Of a stretch of 64,000 nucleotides of DNA, positions 35,797-46,211 are shown piece by piece (the stretch's first letter is position 1; the number at the start of each line of letters is the position of its first letter). Below the pieces are notes generated by a model. The model made no database searches and was not told the origin of the DNA. It saw only the letters and a program-made list of their open reading frames with translations. Made by a program: the position numbers and the translations under genes. This stretch comes from a virus: positions 18,929 through 82,928 of the IMG/VR virus record IMGVR_UViG_3300027896_000024; one strand, written 5' to 3'.

Positions 35797-37395
35797 ATGG
35801 AGGGAGATACGATTCAAGTGGGGGATGCAACAGTAGAGTCTACTGCGGCCCCGATCGAGATGTCGGTCGCCACGCATCATCCGGAATACGACGAGATGTT
35901 GGATGAATGGAAAAAGATCAGGGATGTCCTCGAAGGTCAGTCCGCCGTAAAGGAAGCGGGCGAGGACTACTTGCCCATGCCCGATGGGCAGGATAAGGAC
36001 GATTACAAGGCGTACAAAGAAAGGGCATTATTCTACGGTGCTGTAAAGCGTACGCTGAACGGCATGACGGGGATGGTGTTCATGACTCCGCCTGAAATCG
36101 AGAACCAGCCCGAGGAGGATATAGTCCAGCTGATCCTGGACGACATCACGTTCACGGGCGTACCGATGTACGGGTTCGCAAAGTCAGCGTTCAAGGAAGT
36201 GATGGGCATGGGGCGTGTGGGTATCTGGGTGGACATGCCACAGGCAGGCAGTCCCGAGATGCGGCCTTATATGGTCATGTACGAAACGGAGAACATCATC
36301 AACTGGCGCCGTAAACGAATCAACGGCAAGATGGTCACGACTCTTGTAGTGCTCACGGAAACGTACGAAGAGCCGTACGAAGAGGACCCGTTTCTCATGA
36401 ACACCGATTTCCAGTTCCGCGTTCTGTCCCTGGATCAGCCACAGGATGCGGAGGGCAATCCGATCCTGAACGTGCCGCTGCAGTATACCGTGCGGGTGTA
36501 TCGTCCGCTGGTGGATGAAAGCACCAAGAAGTCATCGGGCTATCAGTTGTGGGAAGGGCCGATAGTCCCGACACGAAACGGGACGCCTTTGGAGTTCATC
36601 CCGTTCGTAATGGTGGGCCCGGATTCGATTACGTTCGATATTCAGTCCAGCCCCATGTTGGACATGGTGGACGTAGTCCTGAGTCACTATCAAAACAGTG
36701 CAGACCTTGAGAACGCGAGACACTGGTGCGGCCTGCCACAGCCGTACGCGGTGGGCTTTCCCGACCGAGCAGAGTACAAGATCGGCGGGAACGAGATCTG
36801 GGTGTCCACGGATGCCAGCGCGAAGGCAGGGTTCATGGAGTTGACGGGCCAGTCGATGGCTGAACTGCGCTTAGCCCTGGAAGAGAAGGAAGCGAAGTTA
36901 GCCGTGCTGGGTATGCGGTTACTTGAATCCCAAAAGAAAGCGGCCGAACAGCCCGAAGCGTTGCGCCTGAGAATGTTGGGTGATTCGAGTGTCCTGCAAT
37001 CGGTCGCCAGAACGGTGGGCCAGGGAATCACACTAGCTTTGCAATGGGCGTTGCAGTGGGCGATACCGGCATCGGCAGCAGATACCATGGTGACATTGAA
37101 TCAGGATTACGGCGATGAGTCGATGAATGCTCAAGACTTTACGGCCCTGGTCACTATGTGGCAGTCGAACGGGATCAGCTACCGAACGCTGTATTCGAAC
37201 TTGACCGCTGCAGGCATTGCGCGTGAGGGTGTTGACGCCGACGAGGAATTGGAAGAGATCCAGATCGAGCAGGAACAAGCACTTGCCAACGCACCTGTTG
37301 CTCCGGAAGAACAGCAGCCGCAGGGGACGGGCGAACTGGGACCTGTTGACACGAATATCGAAATGGATACTGCAGCAGGTAGCGAGGAGATCTAA
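35797..37395 (+). CDS. portal protein (DUF4055-like)
   Basis: follows TerL; YLP..Y..Y..RA.FY, IINW, IPFV, HYQNSAD. Confidence 0.85.
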   Translation: MEGDTIQVGDATVESTAAPIEMSVATHHPEYDEMLDEWKKIRDVLEGQSAVKEAGEDYLPMPDGQDKDDYKAYKERALFYGAVKRTLNGMTGMVFMTPPEIENQPEEDIVQLILDDITFTGVPMYGFAKSAFKEVMGMGRVGIWVDMPQAGSPEMRPYMVMYETENIINWRRKRINGKMVTTLVVLTETYEEPYEEDPFLMNTDFQFRVLSLDQPQDAEGNPILNVPLQYTVRVYRPLVDESTKKSSGYQLWEGPIVPTRNGTPLEFIPFVMVGPDSITFDIQSSPMLDMVDVVLSHYQNSADLENARHWCGLPQPYAVGFPDRAEYKIGGNEIWVSTDASAKAGFMELTGQSMAELRLALEEKEAKLAVLGMRLLESQKKAAEQPEALRLRMLGDSSVLQSVARTVGQGITLALQWALQWAIPASAADTMVTLNQDYGDESMNAQDFTALVTMWQSNGISYRTLYSNLTAAGIAREGVDADEELEEIQIEQEQALANAPVAPEEQQPQGTGELGPVDTNIEMDTAAGSEEI

Positions 37396-37397
37396 TC

Positions 37398-40300
37398 GTG
37401 CCGAAAGAACCTATGTGGAAAACCCTGCAGCGGATTGCTGACAGGGCAGCACCGAAAATGCAGCAAGCGTTTCTCAAAGCAGCAGCGTCTGCCCAGACCA
37501 AAACCAAAATGACTGCGTTAACGGACGCGATCCGTAAAGGGGATTTCGCAAAGGCATGGCAGGCACTGGACTGGGAGCGTACTGTAAATGCGGAACTAAC
37601 ACCCGAACTGCAACAGGCGCTCCTGGGTATTGTCAAGACTGCGGGCATCGAGACTATGACGGACTTGATACAAGGGACACCGTCATTTGAATTGATGGAA
37701 GCCCCGCAGTCAGTTTACGACTATGTAAACAAGCGGACAGGCGAGTTGATAACGAACATCAATCGGGATACGTTGATGGGTGTTCGAGACGCCGTGCGGG
37801 AGGCATTCTTGATGGGTAAGGGTCTGCCCGCACGGCAAATATTCACAACACTGGAAAACGCTGCGAATATCAAGGAGTCCCTGGGCCTGAACGCGAAGCA
37901 GATGAAAGCGCTCAATAAATACAGGGCTACTCTAAAACAACAGGGCGTCAGTCAACAGGCGTACCAGAAAATGACGGATCGTTACAAGACGACCCTGTTG
38001 AAGCAGCGTGCTAACACAATTGCCCGGACAGAAACCATACAGGCAGCGTGCGAAGGACAGCGCCAGATCTGGGAACAAGCAGCGGACGATGGTTCGATTG
38101 ATGCGAAGCGCTGGGAGGTGGAATGGCTTGTTACTCCCGATGACATCACATGCAAACATTGTATGACCATGCGGAACAAGCGCCGGCCTATCAAGGGCGT
38201 GTACACAGCCGGATTTTTTGCGGGTAAGAAAGGACCTGCTGCGCATCCGAACTGCCGTTGCAGTGAGCGTCTGGTGGCAAAAAAGGGAATCAAGTTCCCG
38301 ATGCAGGGCGCACCTGTCATGAACCAAGCTGCGGCCGAAGAGGCGTATGCTGCAGCGAGTGCAGGTGGAACGGAAATGACCACGCCAATGTACAACGAAG
38401 AGGAAATGGCAATCCGGTCCGCCTACGAATACGAAACCGCTTCCGAACTAGGGCTCGCAACACCCGAAGGTGGATGGCAGTCCCTGGATGTTTCCACGTT
38501 TGCGCAGACTCCCGATAGTGTTAATTTGGCATTTACGCAGACCAAGCTCCAGTTATCGAAAACCCGCAGGGATCTTCGCAAGATCGATAAAGCGATGAAG
38601 GCCGATCCTACGAACTACACGCTCAAGGGACAATGGGCGGACCTGTCAGTCAAGAAAGTCCAGCTGCTCAAGGAATTCAATCAATACAAGCAGAAGTATC
38701 CGGGCGTGAAGCTACTGAGTTCACAGGAAGCCAAGGCCGTAGCGAACAAGTTAATCTCGCCGGAAGCGGAAGCCAAGTTAGCTGCGATGGCGCCTCCGGG
38801 TTATGGCATCAAGGGGCAGCCTGTTATCGCACCAGCCGCACCAACGCCGGCCGCTGTCACGCAAGTGCCCGATAAGCCCACGATGCTACCGAACACACCG
38901 AAGGAGGGCATGTTTGAGGCGAACAAGTCAGTGACCTGGGCGAAAGGGGATTCACAGGGCGCGGGTTATGTGCTCAATGGAACGAACCTGCAAGAAGAGC
39001 AGTATGGTTTCTGGAAACAGGAATCTGATGTTGATTTAATAGGAGAACCGAAAGTTCCGCCGGTTACGAAACAGGGTCAGAAAGTATCCACAGGGGCAGT
39101 TGTAGTGGAGCCTGATGGACGTATTTGGGTAGTGGAACCAACAGGGCATTATGGTGGATATGAAAACACGTTCCCGAAAGGTGGGTGGACTGATAAGAAC
39201 TTGTCCTTGCAGCAGAACGCGATGAAGGAAGTATTCGAGGAGTTGGGAATTAAGATCAAGATCACTGGTTATTTGGGTGATTTCGAGGGTCAGACATCGA
39301 ACACCCGTTATTACCTTGCGCAACGTACAGGAGGGGCGCCATGGGTACCAGGCAAGGAAAGTCAAGCCGTTAAACTCATGACTGTAGACGATGCTCAGGG
39401 TGCCTTGAACGTAAAGCGCGATCAGGACATACTGGCCAAGGTAAAAACAATCATGGGCAAGGGTGAAGTGTACACGATTCCACCGAAACCACAGTCCATG
39501 ACTCCGGAGGATTATCTGTACACGAAGAACCAGGTGGAAATGCTGAACAGGGATTTAGCTAATCGTGAGTTGACCCTGGAAGCGAAAGCTACGGCACTTC
39601 ACGATTTGGAACACTATCAAAAAGAAATAGCGGGTTACGCTGCGAAGGATGCTGAGGCTGCTGCAAAAACAATCGCCGAAGCTCAGGTCCAGACACAGGA
39701 AGCGATTGCCAAAACGTTAGCGCAACAGGCAGCGGTTGCAGTCCCGACCCCGTCAATTATTCCTGCGAAGATAGGGCCGCCAGTACAGGGCACAGTAAAC
39801 CTGCCTTCGTACATCGAGGGCTCGGGCAAGATCAGTCCGGGGCAGATACTCAAGGCAAAGAAAGCACTCGCGGGAAAGACCGTGACGTTGAAGCCGTTTG
39901 TACAGGACGTCATCAAGCCAGGGATGTCTATTGCGCAGGCAGAAAAAACGGCATCATTATCCCGCAGAGGAATCAGGAAATTCAATAAGGAGCTGTCTAT
40001 TCTGGAACACGCTGGGATGGACGTGACCGAAGGCAAGATCGTCCTGAAAGAGATGAAGATATTCCACCAGGAATTGTTGAAGCAACTGAAAACCTATTCC
40101 GCGACGAACGGCAACGTAGTGGGCATGTTGAAGCCTCCAGGACTTCCGTCTATAGTTAAGATATCAGGTATCCCGAAATCAGTGCCGACCCAAGTATACA
40201 GTGCGCCTGTCGCGAAGACTCCGTTGTATGCGACCAAAGTATCGGTAGCACCGGGCGAACAGCTACAAGCCGAGAAGATGGTGAAAATCGGAGGGCAGAA

Positions 40301-43300
40301 AGGCAGTAACCCTGGTGGATCATATCGAGATAACCAGGGTCAGGAATGGTACATCAAGCAACCGAAGTCCGAGAGCCATGCGAAGAACGAAGTGTTAGCC
40401 GGCAAGCTATACGAACTCGCGGGCGTCGACGTTCCACAAATGGAACTAGCCCAGATAAACGGAGTAACGGGTGTAGCGTCCCGTATGGTGGCGGGTGTCA
40501 GCCAAGTGGGCGCTGCTGAAATCGGCAAGCTAGTCGGAACCTATGAGGGATTTGCCACAGATGCCTGGTTAGCGAACTGGGATGTAGTGGGCTTAGGTTA
40601 CGATAACCTATTAGCCAAAGCGGGCCAAGCAATTCGCGTTGATACAGGCGGGTCGTTACTATACCGGGCGCAGGGTACTCTCAAGGGCAGCGCGTTTACG
40701 AGTGACGTAAAGGAATTGGAATCGTTGCGGAATTCCTACAAGAACGCGCAATCAGCCAAGGTATTTGAGAACATGACCAAGGAGAAGCTGGTTGCGTCCA
40801 TGGAGAAGGTCGCAAACATAGTCCGAACTGACATCGAAAAAATGGTCATGCTGTATGGTCCTGGGACGGCTGCTGAACGCGGGGAGTTAGCGAACAAGCT
40901 GTTGAGCCGGCAAACCGACATCAGGAAAAAGATGGACGTCCTGAAGCAGGAAATAGCGGACGAACAGAGGATGGCAGCAATCCCGAAAACTCCAATGATG
41001 CCGAACCCGCTAAAGACCAAGATGTATTCGAGCCGGCAGCAGTTCTTGAATACCTTGCCCCGTAATGAGGCCGACTCTCTGGTTAGCTTTATTAAGGACT
41101 TCACGGGATCGGGATATACCACGATCAGAGAGTTTCAGAAGTATCGCGATAAGGTCATGCAGCAGTGGGAAAAGTACTACGACCGAAGTCACGCGACTCG
41201 TATGGCGGCTGAGTACGACAAGAACATTTCGAACTATACGAAGATGATTAACTCGACCAAGACTCACGAGGGCCAAGTATGGCGCGGTCTGCGTAGTGTT
41301 CAGAAGTCTGCGGCGAAAGCGAACTACCGTGAGGGCCAGACTATTGAATGGACCCAGTTGACATCGTCCTCGACATCGGAATCAAAAGCGCAAGGATTCG
41401 GCGATCACGTCCTGTTCCGCATCCAGACCAAGAACAACGGCCAGTTCATCGGGGACATATCATACTATGGGCGTGAGCAGGAAGTGATGCTGCGGAATAA
41501 CACGAAGTATCGAGTTATGAAAGTCACGGATGGATACCAGGGCAAATGGTTGTTGATTGACTTACAGGAAGCAAACGATCTTGAACAAGCCTCGTACAGG
41601 TACCTGGTGTCGAAGACGGGTAAACAGGCACTGTCTGAGTTAGCGCAGACCGAATTGCTATTAAAACAGGATTTGCAGGATGCAATGTACGCGGGTCAGT
41701 TTTCCAAGGCAGCTTCTATACGTAACCAGTTGGGCTCGATCAAGATTCAACGGCGTCAGATTGCGAATATGGAAAGTACCCGGACTATTGTTGACGAGGC
41801 ACCTAAGTTAATCAAAACGGAGGTCAGTCTTAAGGGTGTCCCGAAGAGGGTAATAAAGGACTACGATGAGAACGTACAACGCTTCAAGACAGCGGAAAAG
41901 GATTATCTCAAGTTGAAGGCCAAGTACGACCAGTTCAAGGGATGGGATGTAAAAGAGGACATGCAAATGGCGCGGGAGCGCATGCAGTATACTCGCAGGG
42001 ATATTCAAACCGCAGAGGCGGATTATCCTGAACTTAGGAGTTACGGTGCTGCTAGACTCGCGGCAAAGAAACCAGTAGTCGGGCCTAAAATAGTCAGCAC
42101 CGCGCCTGCGGTTCCTGTACCTATAAACAAACCAGTACCAGGTGTAGTGGACTTTATGAACAAGATGCCGTCCGATCACGCAACCAGCTTCAAGAAATTC
42201 ATGCAGGAGTATACGGCACAGTCATTTAAACAGTACAGGGAATTCCAGGTAAACCCTGGGCCACAGTTGAAAGCCTGGACTAAGGTATTCGGGGCGGAGA
42301 AGGCCCAGCAACTGGAACTTGAGATGCGTCGTAATTTCGAGTATCTCGATCAAGCCTTCCAAAAGGTGAAGCTAACACCTGGTGAGTTGTGGCGGGGAAT
42401 ATCAACACCGTTTAGCAAGGTCAAGGATGTCTATACCGAGGGCAACGTAGTTCGGTGGGACCAGATAACGTCAACGTCCGCCAAGGAAGGTGAGGCGTCC
42501 GTATTTATTGAGAATTCCCAGGGCAATGATACCGGATTTCTGTTCAAGATAAAAACTCACACCGGTGGCCTGGATGTAAACAAGGTCAGCCTCAGCAAAG
42601 GGCAGCAGGAGTTTTTATTGCCTCAGGGATTGAGCTTCCGTGTAACCAGGGTGACCCGAGAAGAGGGCATTACTACTGTAGAGCTGGAGGAGACTTCGGC
42701 GTCTGTATCCGCCAGCGTAGTCAAACAACTAAAACCGACCACGCATCCTGGAGTTAAGGTAGTACCTGCTAAGAAGGTTCCGAAGGAATATAAGGAACTT
42801 GCGGGTTACGCCAAGAATGAGGTGTCCGGCCGCGAGGTTTCCGTCGGTGTCCAGAAACCAACAGAACTAGCCAAGCTACCAAAGGCAGAGGGTCCCAGTA
42901 CAGTGAGGCCGGCAGTATTGAAGTCGGACTGGAAGGACACAGCTACACTGGCAAAGGCAAAAGAACAGACTGCCTCGATGTTCCCGAAAATGGAGTTAAA
43001 TATTGAGGGCATGGAAACACACGTAGCCAACAAGGTTATGAAACAGATGTCGTCGATCAGTAACGATATTCCCGAACTCAAGCAATTCGTTAAAGGGATG
43101 TCGAATGGTTGGCCGCCACCGGCGGGAGTAAAGCAAACGGCAATGTGCGCCGCAGGCCCTGGTGGGGAGATTTGGGTGAATCCCCGGGTATTCAATTCGA
43201 TACAGGGAGAAAAGGAAATCAAAGTAGCGGCCCAGAATAATTGGTCTGTTGCTAGGAACCAACAAGAAGCAATCACGCATGAGGTAGGGCACCTAGTAGC

Positions 43301-43514
43301 GGATATGCTATCGAGGGACCCGTCGATGCGTGCAGCACTTGAGGAATTCATGAACACAGCTCCTGGACGATCGAAGTTATCGATGTACGCGGTTTGGGAC
43401 AAGAAAGAGGCATTCGCAGAGGGCTTTGTACGGATGTACCAAGGCGGAAACGGACCGTATGAAAAAGCGCTGAAGCGGTTTCTATCAAAAGCGACAGGGA
43501 GAAAGTTTATATGA
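37398..43514 (+). CDS. MuF head-morphogenesis polyvalent protein: MuF + Nudix + PI3K/HipA-like kinase + two ADP-ribosyltransferases + zincin
   Basis: RANTIARTE..C..C..PAAHPNCRC; FPKGG..KEVFEELG; WYIK..NEVLA..WLANWD..RVDTGG; WRGL..TSSS..EQEV; WRGI..TSTS..QQEF; HEVGH..EAFAE. Confidence 0.85.
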   Translation: MPKEPMWKTLQRIADRAAPKMQQAFLKAAASAQTKTKMTALTDAIRKGDFAKAWQALDWERTVNAELTPELQQALLGIVKTAGIETMTDLIQGTPSFELMEAPQSVYDYVNKRTGELITNINRDTLMGVRDAVREAFLMGKGLPARQIFTTLENAANIKESLGLNAKQMKALNKYRATLKQQGVSQQAYQKMTDRYKTTLLKQRANTIARTETIQAACEGQRQIWEQAADDGSIDAKRWEVEWLVTPDDITCKHCMTMRNKRRPIKGVYTAGFFAGKKGPAAHPNCRCSERLVAKKGIKFPMQGAPVMNQAAAEEAYAAASAGGTEMTTPMYNEEEMAIRSAYEYETASELGLATPEGGWQSLDVSTFAQTPDSVNLAFTQTKLQLSKTRRDLRKIDKAMKADPTNYTLKGQWADLSVKKVQLLKEFNQYKQKYPGVKLLSSQEAKAVANKLISPEAEAKLAAMAPPGYGIKGQPVIAPAAPTPAAVTQVPDKPTMLPNTPKEGMFEANKSVTWAKGDSQGAGYVLNGTNLQEEQYGFWKQESDVDLIGEPKVPPVTKQGQKVSTGAVVVEPDGRIWVVEPTGHYGGYENTFPKGGWTDKNLSLQQNAMKEVFEELGIKIKITGYLGDFEGQTSNTRYYLAQRTGGAPWVPGKESQAVKLMTVDDAQGALNVKRDQDILAKVKTIMGKGEVYTIPPKPQSMTPEDYLYTKNQVEMLNRDLANRELTLEAKATALHDLEHYQKEIAGYAAKDAEAAAKTIAEAQVQTQEAIAKTLAQQAAVAVPTPSIIPAKIGPPVQGTVNLPSYIEGSGKISPGQILKAKKALAGKTVTLKPFVQDVIKPGMSIAQAEKTASLSRRGIRKFNKELSILEHAGMDVTEGKIVLKEMKIFHQELLKQLKTYSATNGNVVGMLKPPGLPSIVKISGIPKSVPTQVYSAPVAKTPLYATKVSVAPGEQLQAEKMVKIGGQKGSNPGGSYRDNQGQEWYIKQPKSESHAKNEVLAGKLYELAGVDVPQMELAQINGVTGVASRMVAGVSQVGAAEIGKLVGTYEGFATDAWLANWDVVGLGYDNLLAKAGQAIRVDTGGSLLYRAQGTLKGSAFTSDVKELESLRNSYKNAQSAKVFENMTKEKLVASMEKVANIVRTDIEKMVMLYGPGTAAERGELANKLLSRQTDIRKKMDVLKQEIADEQRMAAIPKTPMMPNPLKTKMYSSRQQFLNTLPRNEADSLVSFIKDFTGSGYTTIREFQKYRDKVMQQWEKYYDRSHATRMAAEYDKNISNYTKMINSTKTHEGQVWRGLRSVQKSAAKANYREGQTIEWTQLTSSSTSESKAQGFGDHVLFRIQTKNNGQFIGDISYYGREQEVMLRNNTKYRVMKVTDGYQGKWLLIDLQEANDLEQASYRYLVSKTGKQALSELAQTELLLKQDLQDAMYAGQFSKAASIRNQLGSIKIQRRQIANMESTRTIVDEAPKLIKTEVSLKGVPKRVIKDYDENVQRFKTAEKDYLKLKAKYDQFKGWDVKEDMQMARERMQYTRRDIQTAEADYPELRSYGAARLAAKKPVVGPKIVSTAPAVPVPINKPVPGVVDFMNKMPSDHATSFKKFMQEYTAQSFKQYREFQVNPGPQLKAWTKVFGAEKAQQLELEMRRNFEYLDQAFQKVKLTPGELWRGISTPFSKVKDVYTEGNVVRWDQITSTSAKEGEASVFIENSQGNDTGFLFKIKTHTGGLDVNKVSLSKGQQEFLLPQGLSFRVTRVTREEGITTVELEETSASVSASVVKQLKPTTHPGVKVVPAKKVPKEYKELAGYAKNEVSGREVSVGVQKPTELAKLPKAEGPSTVRPAVLKSDWKDTATLAKAKEQTASMFPKMELNIEGMETHVANKVMKQMSSISNDIPELKQFVKGMSNGWPPPAGVKQTAMCAAGPGGEIWVNPRVFNSIQGEKEIKVAAQNNWSVARNQQEAITHEVGHLVADMLSRDPSMRAALEEFMNTAPGRSKLSMYAVWDKKEAFAEGFVRMYQGGNGPYEKALKRFLSKATGRKFI

Positions 43515-43729
43515 CGCAGATGGTTATGCCGATGTGTGCGGTTTGTCAACACGTGAACGCAGCTGGCGAGCAGTTGACTTGCAAGGCGTTTCCTGAGGGA
43601 ATTCCGTACGATATATTGTCGAGTGAATTCGATCACAGAAAACCTTATGCCAACGATCATGGCGTACGCTTTACTATGAAGCCGGGAAGGACTTATAATT
43701 TCCCTATATACCCGACTCCGGTTGAGTAG
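43511..43729 (+). CDS. small Cys/His protein following MuF
   Basis: CAVCQH..CKAFPEGIP..DHRKP. Confidence 0.65.
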   Translation: MTQMVMPMCAVCQHVNAAGEQLTCKAFPEGIPYDILSSEFDHRKPYANDHGVRFTMKPGRTYNFPIYPTPVE

Positions 43730-43940
43730 AGAGGATTATATGTCAGCGATAACTCGGAAGGACATCGCAGCTGCCTTTGATAAAGGTCATTTGAGGGCGA
43801 CCGAACTTAGCTATCCTTTGGACTGGTACCAGCTCCAAGATGGCATCATAGTTGTGGTGCCCAAGAATCCGCCTGATTTCAAGTTTTGCGACGACCCGGT
43901 TGCCGAGCGAGCCTGGTGGGACCGCTGGACTAAGGAATAA
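43722..43940 (+). CDS. hypothetical protein
   Basis: 72-aa ORF. Confidence 0.5.
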   Translation: MSREDYMSAITRKDIAAAFDKGHLRATELSYPLDWYQLQDGIIVVVPKNPPDFKFCDDPVAERAWWDRWTKE

Positions 43941-44075
43941 CCGGGGAGGGACCTGCAGTAAAACCACGAAAATCTGCGGTTAGGGCCTGGAGGCAGGGTT
44001 TTTCGCCACCGGGACCGTACAATATACCTGTTAGCCATCATAATTCGGCCTAGGGCTCATTATCAGAGGGGTATT

Positions 44076-44705
44076 ATGGCAGTCCAGTTTGAAGGAGTAG
44101 TAGCAATTCCGACCAGAGGAGCCGTATTGACGGATGTCATGCAAGGGGTAGTCCAGAACATGGTAAATCGCATGGTATGTAGCGGCAAGTTTTGGACTAT
44201 GCGGACGACTACGAAGGACCCGATTCCGGACGCACAGAACAATGTCACCCGGGAATCACTTTTAGTAAATCCAGATATGATTTGGTACGTCGAGGAGGAC
44301 ACAGTACCGGCACCGGGAGTGCTTGGGAACATGATTCGAATGTGTACCGATGTGGTTGTAGCGGATTATAACTTGGAGAAAGGAGAAAAGGCAGTTCATT
44401 ATCGGGACGGGAAGTTACTATTCGGCGGGCTGGGTTGTATGTTAATCCGGCGTCGAGTTCTTGAACTAATCGGAGATCCCTGGTTCAGTGTCAAGGCGTA
44501 TACGATCGTTCCCGATGGTACGTTTGCGAAACAGGGATTCACACCGAAGTATGGTGGACAAGATATATCACTTTTTGCCAAGCTACAGAAACTGGGTATC
44601 AAGGCTCAGTGCGTGACAGAGAGTTATAGGTGCAAGCACCTGCGGATTGACAAGCTGGGAGAACGCGGGACTAACAACGGACTTCATACGATCCGGGAGT
44701 TATAA
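44076..44705 (+). CDS. GT-A-like glycosyltransferase (paralog of 54686-55327)
   Basis: IPTRG, VEED, GLGCMLIRR, PWF, GGQD. Confidence 0.65.
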   Translation: MAVQFEGVVAIPTRGAVLTDVMQGVVQNMVNRMVCSGKFWTMRTTTKDPIPDAQNNVTRESLLVNPDMIWYVEEDTVPAPGVLGNMIRMCTDVVVADYNLEKGEKAVHYRDGKLLFGGLGCMLIRRRVLELIGDPWFSVKAYTIVPDGTFAKQGFTPKYGGQDISLFAKLQKLGIKAQCVTESYRCKHLRIDKLGERGTNNGLHTIREL

Positions 44706-44977
44706 TGGGTAAGCTAATCGTTCTACAGACCGTCGAGAAGAAGCCAACAGTTGACGAAACGGAACCAGTGAAGGAGGTGATAGAGGTACTCGAAGAACTC
44801 ATGGTCATGGCGCAGAAGGGTGAGCTACGCGGAATCGTAGGATTGGCATTGAACACTCGACAAACAGTAGGGCATATCATCGTGGGCGATATGGACGACA
44901 GGGTGTATACGATGGTGGGCGGGCTTGACATACTCAAGGACGAGATCAAGCTTATGTACCTGGAAGCGGAGGAGTAG
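44705..44977 (+). CDS. hypothetical protein
   Basis: 90-aa ORF coupled to its neighbours. Confidence 0.55.
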   Translation: MGKLIVLQTVEKKPTVDETEPVKEVIEVLEELMVMAQKGELRGIVGLALNTRQTVGHIIVGDMDDRVYTMVGGLDILKDEIKLMYLEAEE

Positions 44978-45585
44978 TGGTGCGGTTGTCTGTAATTATC
45001 CCGACTAGGTTACCAGCGTTGCCTATTGACAATGTAACGCTGAGGACTTTGGATAAACAGTACTGGAGGGAATTTCAGATAGTCATTGTTCCTGATGTGA
45101 ACCAGAGAGGTGCAGGTTGGGCGCGGAACGTGGGATTTGCTACTCTAGGTCAGGGATTCCCGTTGACAGAATATGTCTTGTTCTCGGACGACGATATTGA
45201 ATGGGACTATCGGGCGTTAGGGTTTATGGTGGATATCCTGGATCGGCATAAGGACGCTGCGTATACGTATTGCTCGTACAAGGTAGGACACTTGTTAATA
45301 GGGCACCAGCAATTCGACGCGAACTGGTTGAAGCGAACGAACTATATCTCCACGATGTCAGTAATTCGGTCGGTTCTGTTTCCAGGGTTTGATGAGACTT
45401 TGAAACGGTTCCAGGACTGGGAACTATGGATTAGAATGTTGAGGAGCGGTTATAAAGGGGTGTATTGTGGAGCAACCTTATTTCAAACCGTTAGAAAGCC
45501 GGGAATCACGTATAACGGCCCTGTTGATTGCACTGAGGCAGAATTTGCTGTGCTTAAGAAGCACGGAGATTGGATTAATTCATGA
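44977..45585 (+). CDS. GT2 glycosyltransferase
   Basis: LSVIIPT, ARNVG, FSDDD, FDE..FQDWELW. Confidence 0.85.
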   Translation: MVRLSVIIPTRLPALPIDNVTLRTLDKQYWREFQIVIVPDVNQRGAGWARNVGFATLGQGFPLTEYVLFSDDDIEWDYRALGFMVDILDRHKDAAYTYCSYKVGHLLIGHQQFDANWLKRTNYISTMSVIRSVLFPGFDETLKRFQDWELWIRMLRSGYKGVYCGATLFQTVRKPGITYNGPVDCTEAEFAVLKKHGDWINS

Positions 45586-46211
45586 AGTTCAAGCATTTCA
45601 TTTTGACACGTTACGCGTTGCGAGCAACAGAACTGCGGGTGAAACTCACACCGGATTGGTTCCCGCACAGACTGGAACTGTTTAGGAATATCACATTACC
45701 GTCAGTGAACCGACAAACGGTGGATGGTTTTGTATGGCTGATTTATTTCAGTCCAGAGTACATGAAGGATATGGGAGAAGCCGTTCACGTTATGACCCGG
45801 TGTCCTTTTGCTTGTCCCGTTGTAATAGACAAGGGGTGTTTCGAGGAATTCAACGATGAGATGCGTGCGTCCATGGATAAATGGCTTACGGACGAGACTC
45901 ATGTTATTTCGACTCGACTGGACAACGATGACGAGATAGCCCCGGATTTCCTTGAACTCGTGCAGGCCCAGTTTAAGGGACAAGACAAGACATTTGTAAA
46001 CTTTACCAACGGCCGCAACAAAACAAAGGACGGATTTGTATTGCATCCGCATCCGAGCAACATGTTTGTCAGTCTAATAGAGAAGCGAGAGGGCTTTGAG
46101 GGCATATTCACCTGGGCACATAATATGGTGGATAAGGTTGGACCTGTCATCCAGCTACCACAAGAAGACAGGTGGACACATCACATTCATGGAAGGAATG
46201 TTTGGTTATGA
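45582..46211 (+). CDS. putative rhamnosyl/glycosyltransferase
   Basis: RLELF..ITLPSV..QT, STRLDNDD, HGRN. Confidence 0.7.
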   Translation: MKFKHFILTRYALRATELRVKLTPDWFPHRLELFRNITLPSVNRQTVDGFVWLIYFSPEYMKDMGEAVHVMTRCPFACPVVIDKGCFEEFNDEMRASMDKWLTDETHVISTRLDNDDEIAPDFLELVQAQFKGQDKTFVNFTNGRNKTKDGFVLHPHPSNMFVSLIEKREGFEGIFTWAHNMVDKVGPVIQLPQEDRWTHHIHGRNVWL

